This document shows, one piece after another, positions 29,019-40,400 of a DNA stretch of 64,000 bases. Every line of letters starts with the position of its first letter. The first letter of the stretch is position 1. The stretch lies in the NCBI GenBank assembly GCA_032161105.1, contig JAVHTD010000001.1; one strand, given 5' to 3'. This DNA comes from Candidatus Thermosaccharophagus tengchongensis. Lineage in GTDB: Bacteria; Armatimonadota; Fervidibacteria; Fervidibacterales; Thermosaccharophagaceae. The notes under the pieces are model-generated. The model made no database searches. It was not told the DNA's origin and saw only the letters and a program-made list of their open reading frames with translations. A program made the position numbers and the translations under genes.

Positions 29019-30839
29019 CTATGGCAGCTCAAACAGGAGCGTGGCTTCAATTTGCTTACCAACTGCGTCATCGCCCGCAGCGTGCGTTCCAATGATGCGC
29101 TCGTCGGTGAGCTTTCTCCCGCCATAAATCAGGGATGCGCTTCGGATGACGAAGTCGTCAACTTGCGAGTTGTCAATGGCACCCGGCATGAGACGAACAA
29201 AAGCGACTTTTCTCGTCAGCAGCCTTTTCGGTATGCTCACCGATGCGCTTACCCTTTTCGTGTCACCGTTCGGTCGCACCTTCGCCACCTCTTCACCCTC
29301 AAAAAGCACCGTTACAATGCCATCAACTTCATCCAGCTCAATTTGCAATGTTGCATCTTCACGAGCCTCATACGGCGTCCTTGCGTTGTAGACGAAGATG
29401 CGATATTGTGCCGTCTCATTGAGCCCGTCCGAGCTTGCCTGTATCGTCAACATCGTCATGCCATCCGGTTGTTCATTTGTCTCAATGACGCCCTCCCAAA
29501 GTGATGTGCAAACTTCATCACGCGCCTTGCGCATCTCAACCCATTTACCGGAGCCAATCCTCGCGCGCACTGACTTGGCATCGGCGTGCATTCGCAGCGT
29601 CTGAATCACGACCTTTTGAGCGCCGGAGTATATCGGTATTGTGTAAAAGCCATCGTGAGCGATGGTCACGGGTGGCTCAACCGGTATTGGTGCGAGTTTT
29701 TTCCAAGCGGGCGTGTAGCGCACATCCACTTTGTCATCGCCGACGGTTACGATTGAAAAGCCCTGCGGGTAGCCATCCGAATTTGCCCCCGTCCACCAAC
29801 TCCCAGAGAGCGCACCCGATACGAATTGGCGGAATGAGCCAAAGTTAATTGAGTAAGTTCTGTGGTCATGCCCCGAATGAATTGAGAGCAATTTGCAATG
29901 GCTGAATGTGCCAAGCAGCCAAATCGCCTGCTGTGCTGGCATTTGCACAATTGGCGCGTGCGTAAAAATGATGAGCCTCGTTCCGGTTTTCAAACAGCGC
30001 GCATACTGCCTTAGCCATTCAACCTGTTTTGGGTCAAGCCCGATAGCCTGCCTCCTGTCGTATATCGGATGGAGATCAAGAGCCAGAAAATGTATGCCGC
30101 CATACTCAAAGCCGTAGTAGCGTGGGTTTAGTTGCGCCTCAAACATGCCCTTGCCGTAGTCATCCGAGAATGCATCAACACCATCGGCACCTTTGAAGTT
30201 AACCCCAACGACATCGTGATTTCCAACAACATGGTATATCGGCAGCGAGACGCCCTCAGAAGCTCCCGTGAAAAGCTCAAACCATTGCTTTGCCACCTTC
30301 GCCGTGACGGCATCGCCGAGTGCCACAAGGTCACCTGTGATGACGACAAACGATGGCTTGACTTTGGCGCCATCAAGCTCAGTTAGCAGCTTGTGAAGCG
30401 ATAGCGCATTTGCCGGGCTCGCAATGTGCACATCTGTGATGTGCGCAAAGATGAAAGGTGTCTGTTGCGTCTGCCTGACCATCGGGAAGTCAACCTGAAA
30501 TGTCTTGTCCGCTTTCACATCGCTCAGCCTTTTGAACCAACCGCCAGTTGCCTTCCATCCGGTTGGCTGCGTGATGTATACGAAGCGTGTCGGTTGATTG
30601 TGAACAAGCTTGTATTGCCCATTGGCATCCGTTACAGTCACCTTATCACCGTCGGTGACTATCACGCCTGCTATAGCTTTCTCACCTTCGTCATAAATGC
30701 CGTTCCCATTAGCATCCTCAAAGACTCGCCCCGTAATGGTTTGCCCGATGGCGAGTGGGCATGGGTTGAACAGGCAGAGCACGATGACCAGCTTCACGAT
30801 GGACGAAGGGAAGCGGTGACAGCATCCCACCAAACTCAC
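29019..30839 (-). CDS. secreted calcineurin-like metallophosphoesterase
   Basis: Signal peptide, GRVFEDANGNG N-terminal domain, HITDVH, TGDLV, GNHD, THAP, SGHDH. Confidence 0.88.
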   Translation of the reverse strand: MSLVGCCHRFPSSIVKLVIVLCLFNPCPLAIGQTITGRVFEDANGNGIYDEGEKAIAGVIVTDGDKVTVTDANGQYKLVHNQPTRFVYITQPTGWKATGGWFKRLSDVKADKTFQVDFPMVRQTQQTPFIFAHITDVHIASPANALSLHKLLTELDGAKVKPSFVVITGDLVALGDAVTAKVAKQWFELFTGASEGVSLPIYHVVGNHDVVGVNFKGADGVDAFSDDYGKGMFEAQLNPRYYGFEYGGIHFLALDLHPIYDRRQAIGLDPKQVEWLRQYARCLKTGTRLIIFTHAPIVQMPAQQAIWLLGTFSHCKLLSIHSGHDHRTYSINFGSFRQFVSGALSGSWWTGANSDGYPQGFSIVTVGDDKVDVRYTPAWKKLAPIPVEPPVTIAHDGFYTIPIYSGAQKVVIQTLRMHADAKSVRARIGSGKWVEMRKARDEVCTSLWEGVIETNEQPDGMTMLTIQASSDGLNETAQYRIFVYNARTPYEAREDATLQIELDEVDGIVTVLFEGEEVAKVRPNGDTKRVSASVSIPKRLLTRKVAFVRLMPGAIDNSQVDDFVIRSASLIYGGRKLTDERIIGTHAAGDDAVGKQIEATLLFELP

Positions 30840-31347
30840 CTGCCTTCATTGGAAGCTGCTACAATTAGCGCATACATCCCGCCATAGTTTTTGGGGCGTT
30901 ACCATCCTCATCAGAGTCCCCTCTCGTATGATAAGGTATGGACGGCTGCCGTGATTTCGTTCAAACCAGCTGCAGTGCCTCATGCACTTCAGCTTTTCAT
31001 TTCCCATCGCATTTGGCGTTGTATGTTTGCGCCAATTTTAACATAGGCTAAGGCGACCGGCAACGGTTCTTTCTTGGATCAAGGCAACCTGACATGATGC
31101 CCTCCCATTCGCTGGTGGGCGCGTGAAAAGGCGTTCAAGGAAATTTTTCGGCCGCATTCCTTTGACAGTGTTGGTGTATGGGAAATGCGTTTGAACAATT
31201 CGCTGCTGCTTCGTGTCATTGCGTTACAATGATGTAAATTAGCAGCATCGTCTTTGGGCTGCCCAACTGTGACCTTCTGCGAGTCCATCGCGTGCCCTCC
31301 ACACCAAAACCGAGAGGCATAATTAGTGAGCGGAGGGTGATGTTGTC

Positions 31348-32055
31348 ATGGCAATCAATGGCGGTAGTAACAGCTCGTCCACACCTAACGAAACCGAGGA
31401 TGCAAAGAGGGGCAATTCGGCTTTATATGCGCATGATGAGATAAGTGAGGCTACTAAGGTTGAAGAGCAAGTTGAAGAGCGACTTGAGGGTCAAACTGAA
31501 GCTCAAGCTGCTGAAGCCGTTCAAGCCGAAGTTGAGCAGCTGCGCAAGCGTGTGGAGGAGCTCACGCGTGAAAATGAGGAGTTGCGTGACAAGTGGCTGC
31601 GTGCCGTTGCTGAGTATCAAAACCTTCGCAAGAGGATTATGTCCGAGAGGGCTTTCGCCTTCCGTGAGGGTAAGAAGCAAGTTTTAGTTGAGCTATTGGG
31701 TGTGCTTGACGACCTTGAGCGCTCGCTTGAAGCCATGAAGGATGCCGCCGATTTGGATGCGATAAAGACCGGCATTGAGCTTATTCACAGGCAGTTCATC
31801 AACGCCCTCAGCAAGCTCGGCGTAAAAGCTATACCGGCTTTGAATCAGCGCTTTGAGCCGCAGTATCATGAGCCAGTTGAAAGGGTTGAAACTGACCAAT
31901 ACGACGAGGGCACAATACTTGAGGAAGTCCAGCGCGGCTACATGATGGACGATTTGGTGCTTCGCCCGGCGAGGGTGAAGGTGGCAGTCGCGCCGTTAGC
32001 GAGTAGTGAAGGGGAGACAAGAACAGCATCGGGGGATGAGGAAAAGCCAGATTAA
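31348..32055 (+). CDS. grpE: nucleotide exchange factor GrpE
   Basis: LRAVAEYQNLRKR, VLDDLERSL, FEPQYHE, QRGYMMDDLVLRPARVKV. Confidence 0.95.
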   Translation: MAINGGSNSSSTPNETEDAKRGNSALYAHDEISEATKVEEQVEERLEGQTEAQAAEAVQAEVEQLRKRVEELTRENEELRDKWLRAVAEYQNLRKRIMSERAFAFREGKKQVLVELLGVLDDLERSLEAMKDAADLDAIKTGIELIHRQFINALSKLGVKAIPALNQRFEPQYHEPVERVETDQYDEGTILEEVQRGYMMDDLVLRPARVKVAVAPLASSEGETRTASGDEEKPD

Positions 32056-32083
32056 CTCCCTCTCGTTCAGGAGTTGAGGTTAG

Positions 32084-33232
32084 ATGCCGCAGGGTTACAA
32101 GGACTACTATGCAATACTTGGCGTGTCCCGTGATGCCACTCAGGAGGAGATAAAGCGGGCATTCAAGCGGCTGGCTAAGGAGTGGCATCCCGACCTAAAC
32201 CCACATAGGCGTAAAGAGGCGGAGGAGAGGTTCAAGGAGATCGCTGAGGCGTATCAAGTTTTGAGCGACCCGGAGAAGCGGCGCATGTATGACCTTTATG
32301 GGCGGGTTGATGTTCAGCCGGCTGTGTCATCTTGGAGCGACTTTGGCGCATACGACCCATTCAGCGAGCTTTTTGACATCTTTGACTCATTCTTTGGTGT
32401 CGGGACGAGGTCTTCAAGGCGTGAGAGGCGCACTGAGCGAGGCGAGGATGTAACAGTTGAGCTCTTCATGACGCTTGAGGAGGCACACAATGGCGCTACA
32501 AAGGAGATTCAAGTCCCGTTGCTCGTGACTTGCAGCAATTGCGGTGGGACTGGTGCTGAGCGCGGCAAAATGCGCTTTTGCACGGAATGCGGTGGCAGCG
32601 GGCGTGTCACATACTCACAAACGAGCTTCGGCGGCTTTGTCAGGTCGGTTACTACCATCACATGTCCATCGTGTGGTGGCAGTGGCAGAGTTGTTGATGA
32701 CATCTGCAAGCGCTGTGGCGGAACCGGGAGGGAAAGGGAGACTCAAACTGTGACGGTTGAGATACCGCCGGGTGTTGAGGATGGTATGGAATTGCGTCTG
32801 CCGGGGCATGGGAATGCAGGTCGGTATGGTGGGCAGCGTGGTGACCTATACATCCAAATACGGCTATTGCCGCATGAGCGCTTCCAAAGGAAGGGCAAAG
32901 ACCTTTACACCGAAGTGACAATCACATTCCCGCAGGCTGCGTTGGGCGATGTGCTCACCATACACACACTTGATGGCGATGTTGAACTCGTCATTCCGCC
33001 GGGAACGCAGCCAAATGAGGTGCTGCGCATACCGCACAAGGGTATGCCAGACTTAAAGGGTAAAGGCAAAGGCGACCTCTATGTGACCGTTAAGGTGGAT
33101 GTGCCAAAGCAATTGACGCAGCAGCAACGTAAGCTCCTCCTTGAGCTCGCCGAGAGCATGAATGTGCGCCCGAAGGGCGCTGATAAATCCTTCTTTGAGA
33201 GGCTTAAAGGGGCATTCGGACAGCGCAAGTGA
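32084..33232 (+). CDS. dnaJ: chaperone DnaJ
   Basis: J domain with HPD, four CxxCxGxG zinc-finger repeats, and the C-terminal domain. Confidence 0.96.
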   Translation: MPQGYKDYYAILGVSRDATQEEIKRAFKRLAKEWHPDLNPHRRKEAEERFKEIAEAYQVLSDPEKRRMYDLYGRVDVQPAVSSWSDFGAYDPFSELFDIFDSFFGVGTRSSRRERRTERGEDVTVELFMTLEEAHNGATKEIQVPLLVTCSNCGGTGAERGKMRFCTECGGSGRVTYSQTSFGGFVRSVTTITCPSCGGSGRVVDDICKRCGGTGRERETQTVTVEIPPGVEDGMELRLPGHGNAGRYGGQRGDLYIQIRLLPHERFQRKGKDLYTEVTITFPQAALGDVLTIHTLDGDVELVIPPGTQPNEVLRIPHKGMPDLKGKGKGDLYVTVKVDVPKQLTQQQRKLLLELAESMNVRPKGADKSFFERLKGAFGQRK

Positions 33233-33324
33233 ATGAGCTCGGGTTGCAACTGGCGATGTTGTCACTGCGCTATTATCGCAGCATTACAGCACCCCCCTTG
33301 GGGTGTAGAAAGGGGTGAGCCCTC

Positions 33325-35790
33325 TTGTCCACGACCATCGCAAGGGAGATAATCCCTACGAGCATCGTTGATGAGATGCGCACATCCTACATGCGATATG
33401 CGATGAGCGTCATAGTCAGCCGCGCCCTTCCCGATGTCCGTGACGGTTTGAAGCCAGTTCAAAGGCGCATCCTATATGCAATGTATGAGCAGCGGATGTT
33501 TCCGGACAGACCGAGGGAGAAATGCGCGGCAGTTGTTGGCGAGGTGATGAAGAAGTATCACCCGCATGGAGATGCCCCAATCTACGATGCGCTTGTGCGC
33601 ATGGCTCAAGACTTCAACACACGCTACCCGCTCATTGATGGGCATGGCAACTTTGGCAGCGTAGATGGAGATCCGCCGGCTGCAATGAGATACACCGAAT
33701 GCAGGCTCTCTCCGATAGCGATGGCGATGCTTGAAGACATTGAAAAGGACACCGTCGACTTCCGACCAAACTACGATGAGAAACACCGTGAGCCAGTTGT
33801 AATGCCATCAAAGGTCCCAAACTTGCTCATCAACGGTGCAACTGGCATCGCTGTCGCGATGGCTACGAACATACCGCCACACAACCTGAGTGAGGTGGTT
33901 GATGCGCTCATCCTGCTGATAGACAACCCGAATGCGAGCTTGGACGAGATAATGCGCTTCCTCCCCGGTCCGGACTTCCCGACAGGCGGTATTGTGCTCG
34001 GCGCAAAAGGGTTAAAGCAGGCATACACAACTGGCAGGGGGACGATAACGATACAGGGGCGCGCAACGATAGAGACGCTTGAGGGCGGAAGGACCGGAAT
34101 TGTGATCACAGAGCTGCCGTATCAGGTGAGCAAGGAGGCGCTGATCGTTCAGATAGCGAATCTCGTCAAGGAGCGAAAGCTTGAGGGCGTAACGGATGTC
34201 AACGATGAGACGGACCGCACGGGGATGAGAATCGTCATTGAGCTGCGCAGGGATGCGAATGCGAAGGTCATCTTGAACAAGCTATATAAGCACACAAGCC
34301 TGCGAACGACATACGGCATTATCATGCTGGCACTCGTTGACAACCAGCCGAGGATACTCGGCTTGAAGGAGATGTTGCTCCACTTCCTTGAGCACAGAAA
34401 GCAAGTTGTGCGCAGGCGAACCGAATTTGAGCTCAGGCAAGCTGAGGAGCGCGCACATATACTTGAGGGCTTAAGGGCTGTTGCCGGGCGAATTGAAGAG
34501 GCGATAAGGTTGATACGGAAGTCGGAGAACAGAGATGAGGCAAGGGACAGGCTCATTAGCAGGTTCAAGTTGACGGAGCAACAGGCAAATGCCGTCCTTG
34601 ACATGCCGCTCGGCAGATTGACGAGGCTTGACCAACAGGCTTTAAAGGATGAGTATCGTGAGCTCATCAAGCGAATTGAGTATTTGCGCGGCTTGCTTCG
34701 CCACCCGAGGCAGCTTATGGAGGTCATCAAAGAAGAGCTCAAGGAGCTGAAGAGCAAGTTTGGTGACCCGAGGAGGACTATACTCATCCCAGAGGAGCCT
34801 GAAGAGGCATCGCTTGAGGACCTGATTGACCTGCAAGACCTCGTCATCACGATAACAAGGGATGGATACATAAAGCGCGTGCCGCTGAGCACATACAGGG
34901 TGCAAGGGCGCGGCGGGAAGGGAGTGCTCGCCTTGACGAAGAAGGAGGAAGATACCGTCTCCCACATATTTGTTGCGACGACGCACCACACAATTCTCTT
35001 CTTCACGAACAAGGGCAAATGCTACCATCTCAAGGCATACGAAGTCCCGGTTGCCTCAAGGCAGGCTCGCGGGATTCCCATAATCAACCTGATTCAACTT
35101 GATGATGGCGAGAGGATTGTAGCCACAGTCCCGATACCGAGGTTTGACATAGGTGGTTACCTGTTCATGTGCACGAGGATGGGCTTGGTCAAAAAGACAC
35201 CGCTTGAGCAGTTCCAGACGAGGCTGTCAAGAGGGGTTCAGGCAATGAAGCTTGATGACGGTGACGAGCTCTGTTGGGTGCGCTGGACGGACGGCGAGCG
35301 CGACATCGTGTTGGCGACAGCCGGCGGGATGGTGATACGGTTTTCGGAAGGGGATGTTCGTCCAATGGGCAGGCAAGCTGGCGGGATAAGGGGCATAAAG
35401 TTGCGCTCTGGTGATGTCGTTGCCGCAATGGATGTTGTTGAGCCGGATGCAACTGAGATGCTCCTCGTCACCGAGAGGGGCTTTGGGAAGCGAACAAAGC
35501 TTGACCAAGTCAAGCGCATAGGGAGGGGTGGAAAGGGAGTCATCGGGATTAAGGTGAGCGAGCGCAATGGCAAGCTCGTCTCGTTACACACGGTGCGCGA
35601 GGATGATGAGGTGTTGCTCATCACGGCTAAAGGTATCCTGACAAGGCAGCGTGTCAAGGCGATTTCGCTGATCGGAAGGACTGCGCAGGGAATAAGGTTG
35701 ATGAGGCTGGATCCGGATGATAGAGTTGTTGATGCAGCGCTCATACCGAGTGGGAGAGTTGGTGAAGACGGAAATGCGTCCGAAGGGTAA
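33325..35790 (+). CDS. gyrA: DNA gyrase subunit A
   Basis: [28 protein letters not shown] (catalytic Tyr), GyrA-box QGRGGKG. TTG start. Confidence 0.96.
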   Translation: MSTTIAREIIPTSIVDEMRTSYMRYAMSVIVSRALPDVRDGLKPVQRRILYAMYEQRMFPDRPREKCAAVVGEVMKKYHPHGDAPIYDALVRMAQDFNTRYPLIDGHGNFGSVDGDPPAAMRYTECRLSPIAMAMLEDIEKDTVDFRPNYDEKHREPVVMPSKVPNLLINGATGIAVAMATNIPPHNLSEVVDALILLIDNPNASLDEIMRFLPGPDFPTGGIVLGAKGLKQAYTTGRGTITIQGRATIETLEGGRTGIVITELPYQVSKEALIVQIANLVKERKLEGVTDVNDETDRTGMRIVIELRRDANAKVILNKLYKHTSLRTTYGIIMLALVDNQPRILGLKEMLLHFLEHRKQVVRRRTEFELRQAEERAHILEGLRAVAGRIEEAIRLIRKSENRDEARDRLISRFKLTEQQANAVLDMPLGRLTRLDQQALKDEYRELIKRIEYLRGLLRHPRQLMEVIKEELKELKSKFGDPRRTILIPEEPEEASLEDLIDLQDLVITITRDGYIKRVPLSTYRVQGRGGKGVLALTKKEEDTVSHIFVATTHHTILFFTNKGKCYHLKAYEVPVASRQARGIPIINLIQLDDGERIVATVPIPRFDIGGYLFMCTRMGLVKKTPLEQFQTRLSRGVQAMKLDDGDELCWVRWTDGERDIVLATAGGMVIRFSEGDVRPMGRQAGGIRGIKLRSGDVVAAMDVVEPDATEMLLVTERGFGKRTKLDQVKRIGRGGKGVIGIKVSERNGKLVSLHTVREDDEVLLITAKGILTRQRVKAISLIGRTAQGIRLMRLDPDDRVVDAALIPSGRVGEDGNASEG

Positions 35791-36229
35791 GCGCTTTGAA
35801 CTGCTTGAGCACACTGCCGATAGCGGTGTGGTTGCGTTTGGCGATTCGTTTGAGAGCCTGCTTGAGAACGCTGCTGCAGGCATGTTCAGCATCATCGCCG
35901 ATGTAGATTCGGTTAAGCCAAAGCGATCCATTTGCGTTGAAGTTGAGGCGGATTCATACGAGGCATTGCTTGTGGCATTGCTGCGTGAGCTGCTCTTTCA
36001 ACACGATGCCTATGGATTCATCTTCAAGGAGTTGAAGGTTGAGGAGTTGAGTCAGCTCTCCGACGAACACGGTGAGATGCGTTTTAAGTTGCGCGCCATT
36101 GCATTTGGTGAACCGGTCTCGGAGACAAATGCGGAGCTGCATGGCGACATCAAAGCCGTCACATATCACGGGCTTAAGGTTGAGCGCGACGCCGGTGGCT
36201 GGAGGGCGCAAGTCATCTTTGATGTGTGA
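35774..36229 (+). CDS. archease (SHS2 domain)
   Basis: FELLEHTAD at the N-terminus and IKAVTYHGL...AQVIFDV at the C-terminus. Overlaps the gyrA end. Confidence 0.92.
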   Translation: MRPKGKRFELLEHTADSGVVAFGDSFESLLENAAAGMFSIIADVDSVKPKRSICVEVEADSYEALLVALLRELLFQHDAYGFIFKELKVEELSQLSDEHGEMRFKLRAIAFGEPVSETNAELHGDIKAVTYHGLKVERDAGGWRAQVIFDV

Positions 36230-36242
36230 GGGCGATTGATGA

Positions 36243-37334
36243 ATGATGGCGCTAAGGAAGGGTGCAATGGTATTGGCGTGTGCCTTAATTGCCGCAGCAG
36301 CTTTGCTCCTCATGCACGGTTGCAAGGGCAAGAAGCGCCAGCCAATAATGCTGCTCTCCGGCACTGGGAGAATATGCGGCGTTGTCCTTGACGAGGATGG
36401 GATGCCGGTTTCAAAGGCTGTCGTTTATGTTGAGGGTTTAGCGAGGGTAGCACTCACGGATGATAAGGGGCAGTATACGCTCTCCGGGCTTCCAAAGGGG
36501 ACTTATGTGGTTGTGGCAGCATTGCCCGGCTATCGCAGGGCTGTGCGCACGAATGTCACGGTGAGCGAAGGGAAGGTGACGAGCGGAGTTGACCTGACAC
36601 TCGTTCGTGACCCGAAATATGAGCCGGACATGATACGCTTCATTGATGTATCGCCGCCAGAGGGGACGAGGATTGAATGTGGCAAGCCCGTGTTCGTCAG
36701 GGGAAGGATACAATACGCGTTGCGAAATGCTCGTTGGGGCACAATCTACATCTTCCTCATTGACGAGGGTGGCAAGCATGTTCTTGAGGGCAACTTGAGC
36801 AGGATATCGGCGATGACTGGCGAGCACATTGTCCCCTTCGGGAGGCAGGTCATCATACCGCAAGATGTGAGCGGGCGCATATACCTTGTTGCTGCTTTGT
36901 TTGCCGGGCAGGAGGCATCAGCATGCGCCGCTGACACTGTGGTGTATTCAACTGGCGTGGTGAGGGATGAAGTTGCTTTCCTAAGTTCCGAGCCGCCATT
37001 CGGGACGGAGCTTATAGCTGAATCGGGCATCAAGTTGAAGCTGAGATTGCGCTACCTGCTTGAGTCGGTTGAGAAGGCGCTCTTGAAAGTTGAGTTGCTC
37101 GGTGGGACGCAATCCGGAAGATACACCGTTGTTCTCGCTGAGGCAAGCCTTACAGTTGCAAAGTCGGGCGCTGAGCCGCAAGAGGTGGATGTTGAACTTG
37201 AATGCATACCGAGGGCGCACATGCCGGCGATTAAGGCAAGGGCTTTGCTCATGACAGCGGACGAGAAAAGCATAATCGCAGCTGCTTGGTCGCAAAGGTT
37301 TATCGTGGTGACGCCGAGGGGAGTAAGCAAATAG
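36243..37334 (+). CDS. predicted lipoprotein with carboxypeptidase-regulatory-like beta-sandwich domain
   Basis: Signal ending MHGC, then GRICGVVLDEDGMPVSKAVV...TDDKGQYTLSGLPKGTY. Confidence 0.75.
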   Translation: MMALRKGAMVLACALIAAAALLLMHGCKGKKRQPIMLLSGTGRICGVVLDEDGMPVSKAVVYVEGLARVALTDDKGQYTLSGLPKGTYVVVAALPGYRRAVRTNVTVSEGKVTSGVDLTLVRDPKYEPDMIRFIDVSPPEGTRIECGKPVFVRGRIQYALRNARWGTIYIFLIDEGGKHVLEGNLSRISAMTGEHIVPFGRQVIIPQDVSGRIYLVAALFAGQEASACAADTVVYSTGVVRDEVAFLSSEPPFGTELIAESGIKLKLRLRYLLESVEKALLKVELLGGTQSGRYTVVLAEASLTVAKSGAEPQEVDVELECIPRAHMPAIKARALLMTADEKSIIAAAWSQRFIVVTPRGVSK

Positions 37335-37435
37335 CAGCGAAGTTAACGGTGTTAGAGTTTGTCGGCATGCGGTGCGTGATGTCCCTTTTGCGTGTTCAAG
37401 TGGCGATGCCTTGGGAGTGCCATTGAGGCAATAAG

Positions 37436-40400
37436 GTGAGTCATGTGAGCGAATGCGTCGGCGCTCATTCAAAGGTGTTCCTTCATCAACATCGCTGGAT
37501 GTGCATTGTTGCCTTCATAGGCACGCTGCTTGTATGTTGCTCTGGCACCAACATGCCGGCGCATGCGGATGACGGTGGTGGGTATACCGTAGCGGGTGTT
37601 GAAGGTGATGCCGACCAAACCGAGGTTGCAATTCGTGTCGGCGATGAGATAAAGCTGAGCAGGATGAAGCACATTGACAGCCAACCGAGCAGGATAGTCA
37701 AGGCACAGCCGATGCCGAAAGTTGCCGATGGGCAGCTTTGCTCATGGCGCATCGCATCCCTGACGCAACTCGGTGGCGCTCACGCAGAGACTGGGTTTGG
37801 CAAGCAGCTTACAAGCAAGCCGAGGGAGGGAGGAAGCGTTTGGCGCAAGTTGCAAATTCGCGGCACCGGGTTGCTCTCCTACAACATCCGCGATGTGGAA
37901 TCTTCAAGCAGCGCCGGAAGGGCTGCATTCGTGCAGGAAAACTATGGCGCTGCGAAGTCGCTTTACCACTACTCCTCAATCACGGTTGAAGGACCAATCT
38001 TGGGGAAGCTGCGCGTGCGTGCACAATTCAACACGCCATCATACAGCCCGAGGTCAAACACATTTGTGCTTGAGTATCCGGTGGGCAACTTCCTCCTGCG
38101 CTACGGCGACATGAGCCTATCAATCGTCGGAAACAGGTTTGCATCCTTGAGCCGATGGACAAGGGGCTTTGAACTTCGCTACTCGCTTGATGGTAAGGCT
38201 GAAAGCGTATACGGCATTGGGCAGGGTTCACCCAAAGGAAACGAACTCGTCATAGTGACTGCCGAGGGTAAGTCGCAAGTCAAGAGGGATGTCATTCAGG
38301 GAAACAACACTTCGGGACCGTTCTTCCTGAGCAGTAGCCCGATAGTTGAGGGCAGTGAGCAAGTGCTCGTTGATATGCGTCAGATGAGGCGCGGTGAGGA
38401 TTACCAAATTGACTACGATACGGGCATGCTCACATTCCTCGGGGCAACTGTTATACCGCCAACTTCAACCATCATCGTCACATACGAGGCTGCTCAACCG
38501 GGCGAGGGCATTGGGCGCTTTTGGGGCGCAAGGCTCAACTGGCATTTTGGGAATCGTGGGCGAGTCGGGATTTCCTTCCTGACGCAGGGCGCGGCGCAGA
38601 GGCAGAGCAGCTACGACGGCGTCAAGCGGCGTGAGGAATTCTTGGGCGCAAACACAGTCGGACCTTTCCAGCTGAGCCAGCGCCCGATAGTTGAAGGGAG
38701 TGAATCGGTGACCGTAAACGGTGTCCTTCAGGAGCGCAATCGCGACTACATCATCAACTACATCAGCGGCTTGATAACATTCGTCCGACCTGTCCCAGTT
38801 GGCGCAATCATCGCCGTTGAATATTTGCAGCGCGCATCACATGGTGCTGTCATCGGGCAGCATAGTGTCGTCGGGTTGGACGCCGATATATCGTTTGGGC
38901 GGCTTGGCGAGGTCAACTTGCAATTGGCACAAAGTAACGGGCCGGCGCGCAGCGGAACGGCGATTGAAATCGCCTCTCGGCTTTCGTTCGGCAGGTTAAA
39001 AGCTCATGGGGAGCAAAAGGGCGTATCAGAATCGGCTCAGCGTGGTGAGCAATCCAGCACTCGCCTTCAACTGCCGGAAGCGGGCGCACAGGTGGGCGAG
39101 TTTAAATCGGGCAGCGCGGATGAGGCTGGCGATAATACGCTCAGTGGCGATCGGGCAAACAATGCTGAGTGGGTGCGGGGAGGGGAAGATTTGCGCCAAA
39201 GCCCATCGGGTGGCAATGTGAGTTCGGTTGATGAAAGGGCGTTTGAACATAGCAGCGCATCGCCATCACGCATCACGGTTTTGCAACCACAACGCACACT
39301 CGTTGAACGCCAACAATGGAGCGCATGGCAAGGCGAATTGAGTGAGCCATACAGGGGAATGCAAGTTGGCGGTGCAAGGACTGAGTTAACATTGCGCCTG
39401 CTCAAGGTAACGCCCGGATTTGCGAGGATTGAGAATGCCGACTTCTATCAAAACGAGTCCGGGTTTGAGGCGAGCTTGGTTCACCGCTTCACTCCGCACA
39501 TCGCATTCACATCACATTGGGTGAGTGCGAGCACTTCATACCTCACCAGCGCATTTGGCATGTCATCGTCACCCACAAGCAGCAAGCGTTTCTCGGCGGC
39601 GCTTTCGTTTGACAAGCCCAACTTGCCGACACTTCGTCTGGCACACCAGCGCTTCAGCTTTGGCAGCAAGGGCAGCAGCAATGAGTATGCGAGCACTTCG
39701 GCGCTCATCTCTTACCGACGCAGGCGGTGGAGCATTGATGCAGCTTACGAGGATAATTCACAATCATCCGTGAACGCCATCAGCAGTTCGGCGGGTGATA
39801 AGGCAGCTTCACAAGGGTATGGCTCAAGCGGACGCACAAGGACAACGCTATGCAGGCTCAGCTTCAAGTATGAGCCATCCGAAAGGCTTTTCCTGAGCGC
39901 CGATTGGTCATCAAACAGGTCAACGAGTGGCTCACGCTCAGTAAGCGCTTCCAACCTTCAACTCGGCACGAGCTTTCAAGCATCGCGGTCTTTGCGCCTC
40001 TCATTCTCGCACAACATACTCACCGGCTCAGGCAGCGCCGGTATTGGCTCATTTATCATCGGCGGAGCTGCCGGCGCATACAGCGGTTTGCCATACACTT
40101 TCGGAGCATACGACATCGGCGCTGTTCAGTATGGTGGGATGATGACAGGGCTTGGCGGGTATGGGACTTTCGGCGCTGCACAGCGCCCTATAACCGGCTT
40201 GGGCGGTATGAGCGCCATCGGATACCACAGCGGGGCGATCGGTGGCTCACCCGGCTACGGCAGTGAATGGCGCAAGCGCCAGACCGAGGGCGGCTCAACA
40301 TTAACAGCTGCGAGGAATAAGTCAGTTGCCACTGTGGCATCACTTGACTGGCAGCCAAGCAGCCGATTGAGTTTTCTTTGCCAGTTCTCGCGCCAGTTGA

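Noticed and set aside
30900..30965. Hammerhead-like words on the minus strand (GAAA ... CTGATGA)
   Set aside because: Stem I and stem II cannot pair next to the core, so the match is probably chance.
34149..35018. 289-aa minus-strand ORF (similar cases at 6148-6966, 25597-26433 and 51180-52013)
   Set aside because: Antisense to well-supported genes, with no recognisable motifs.
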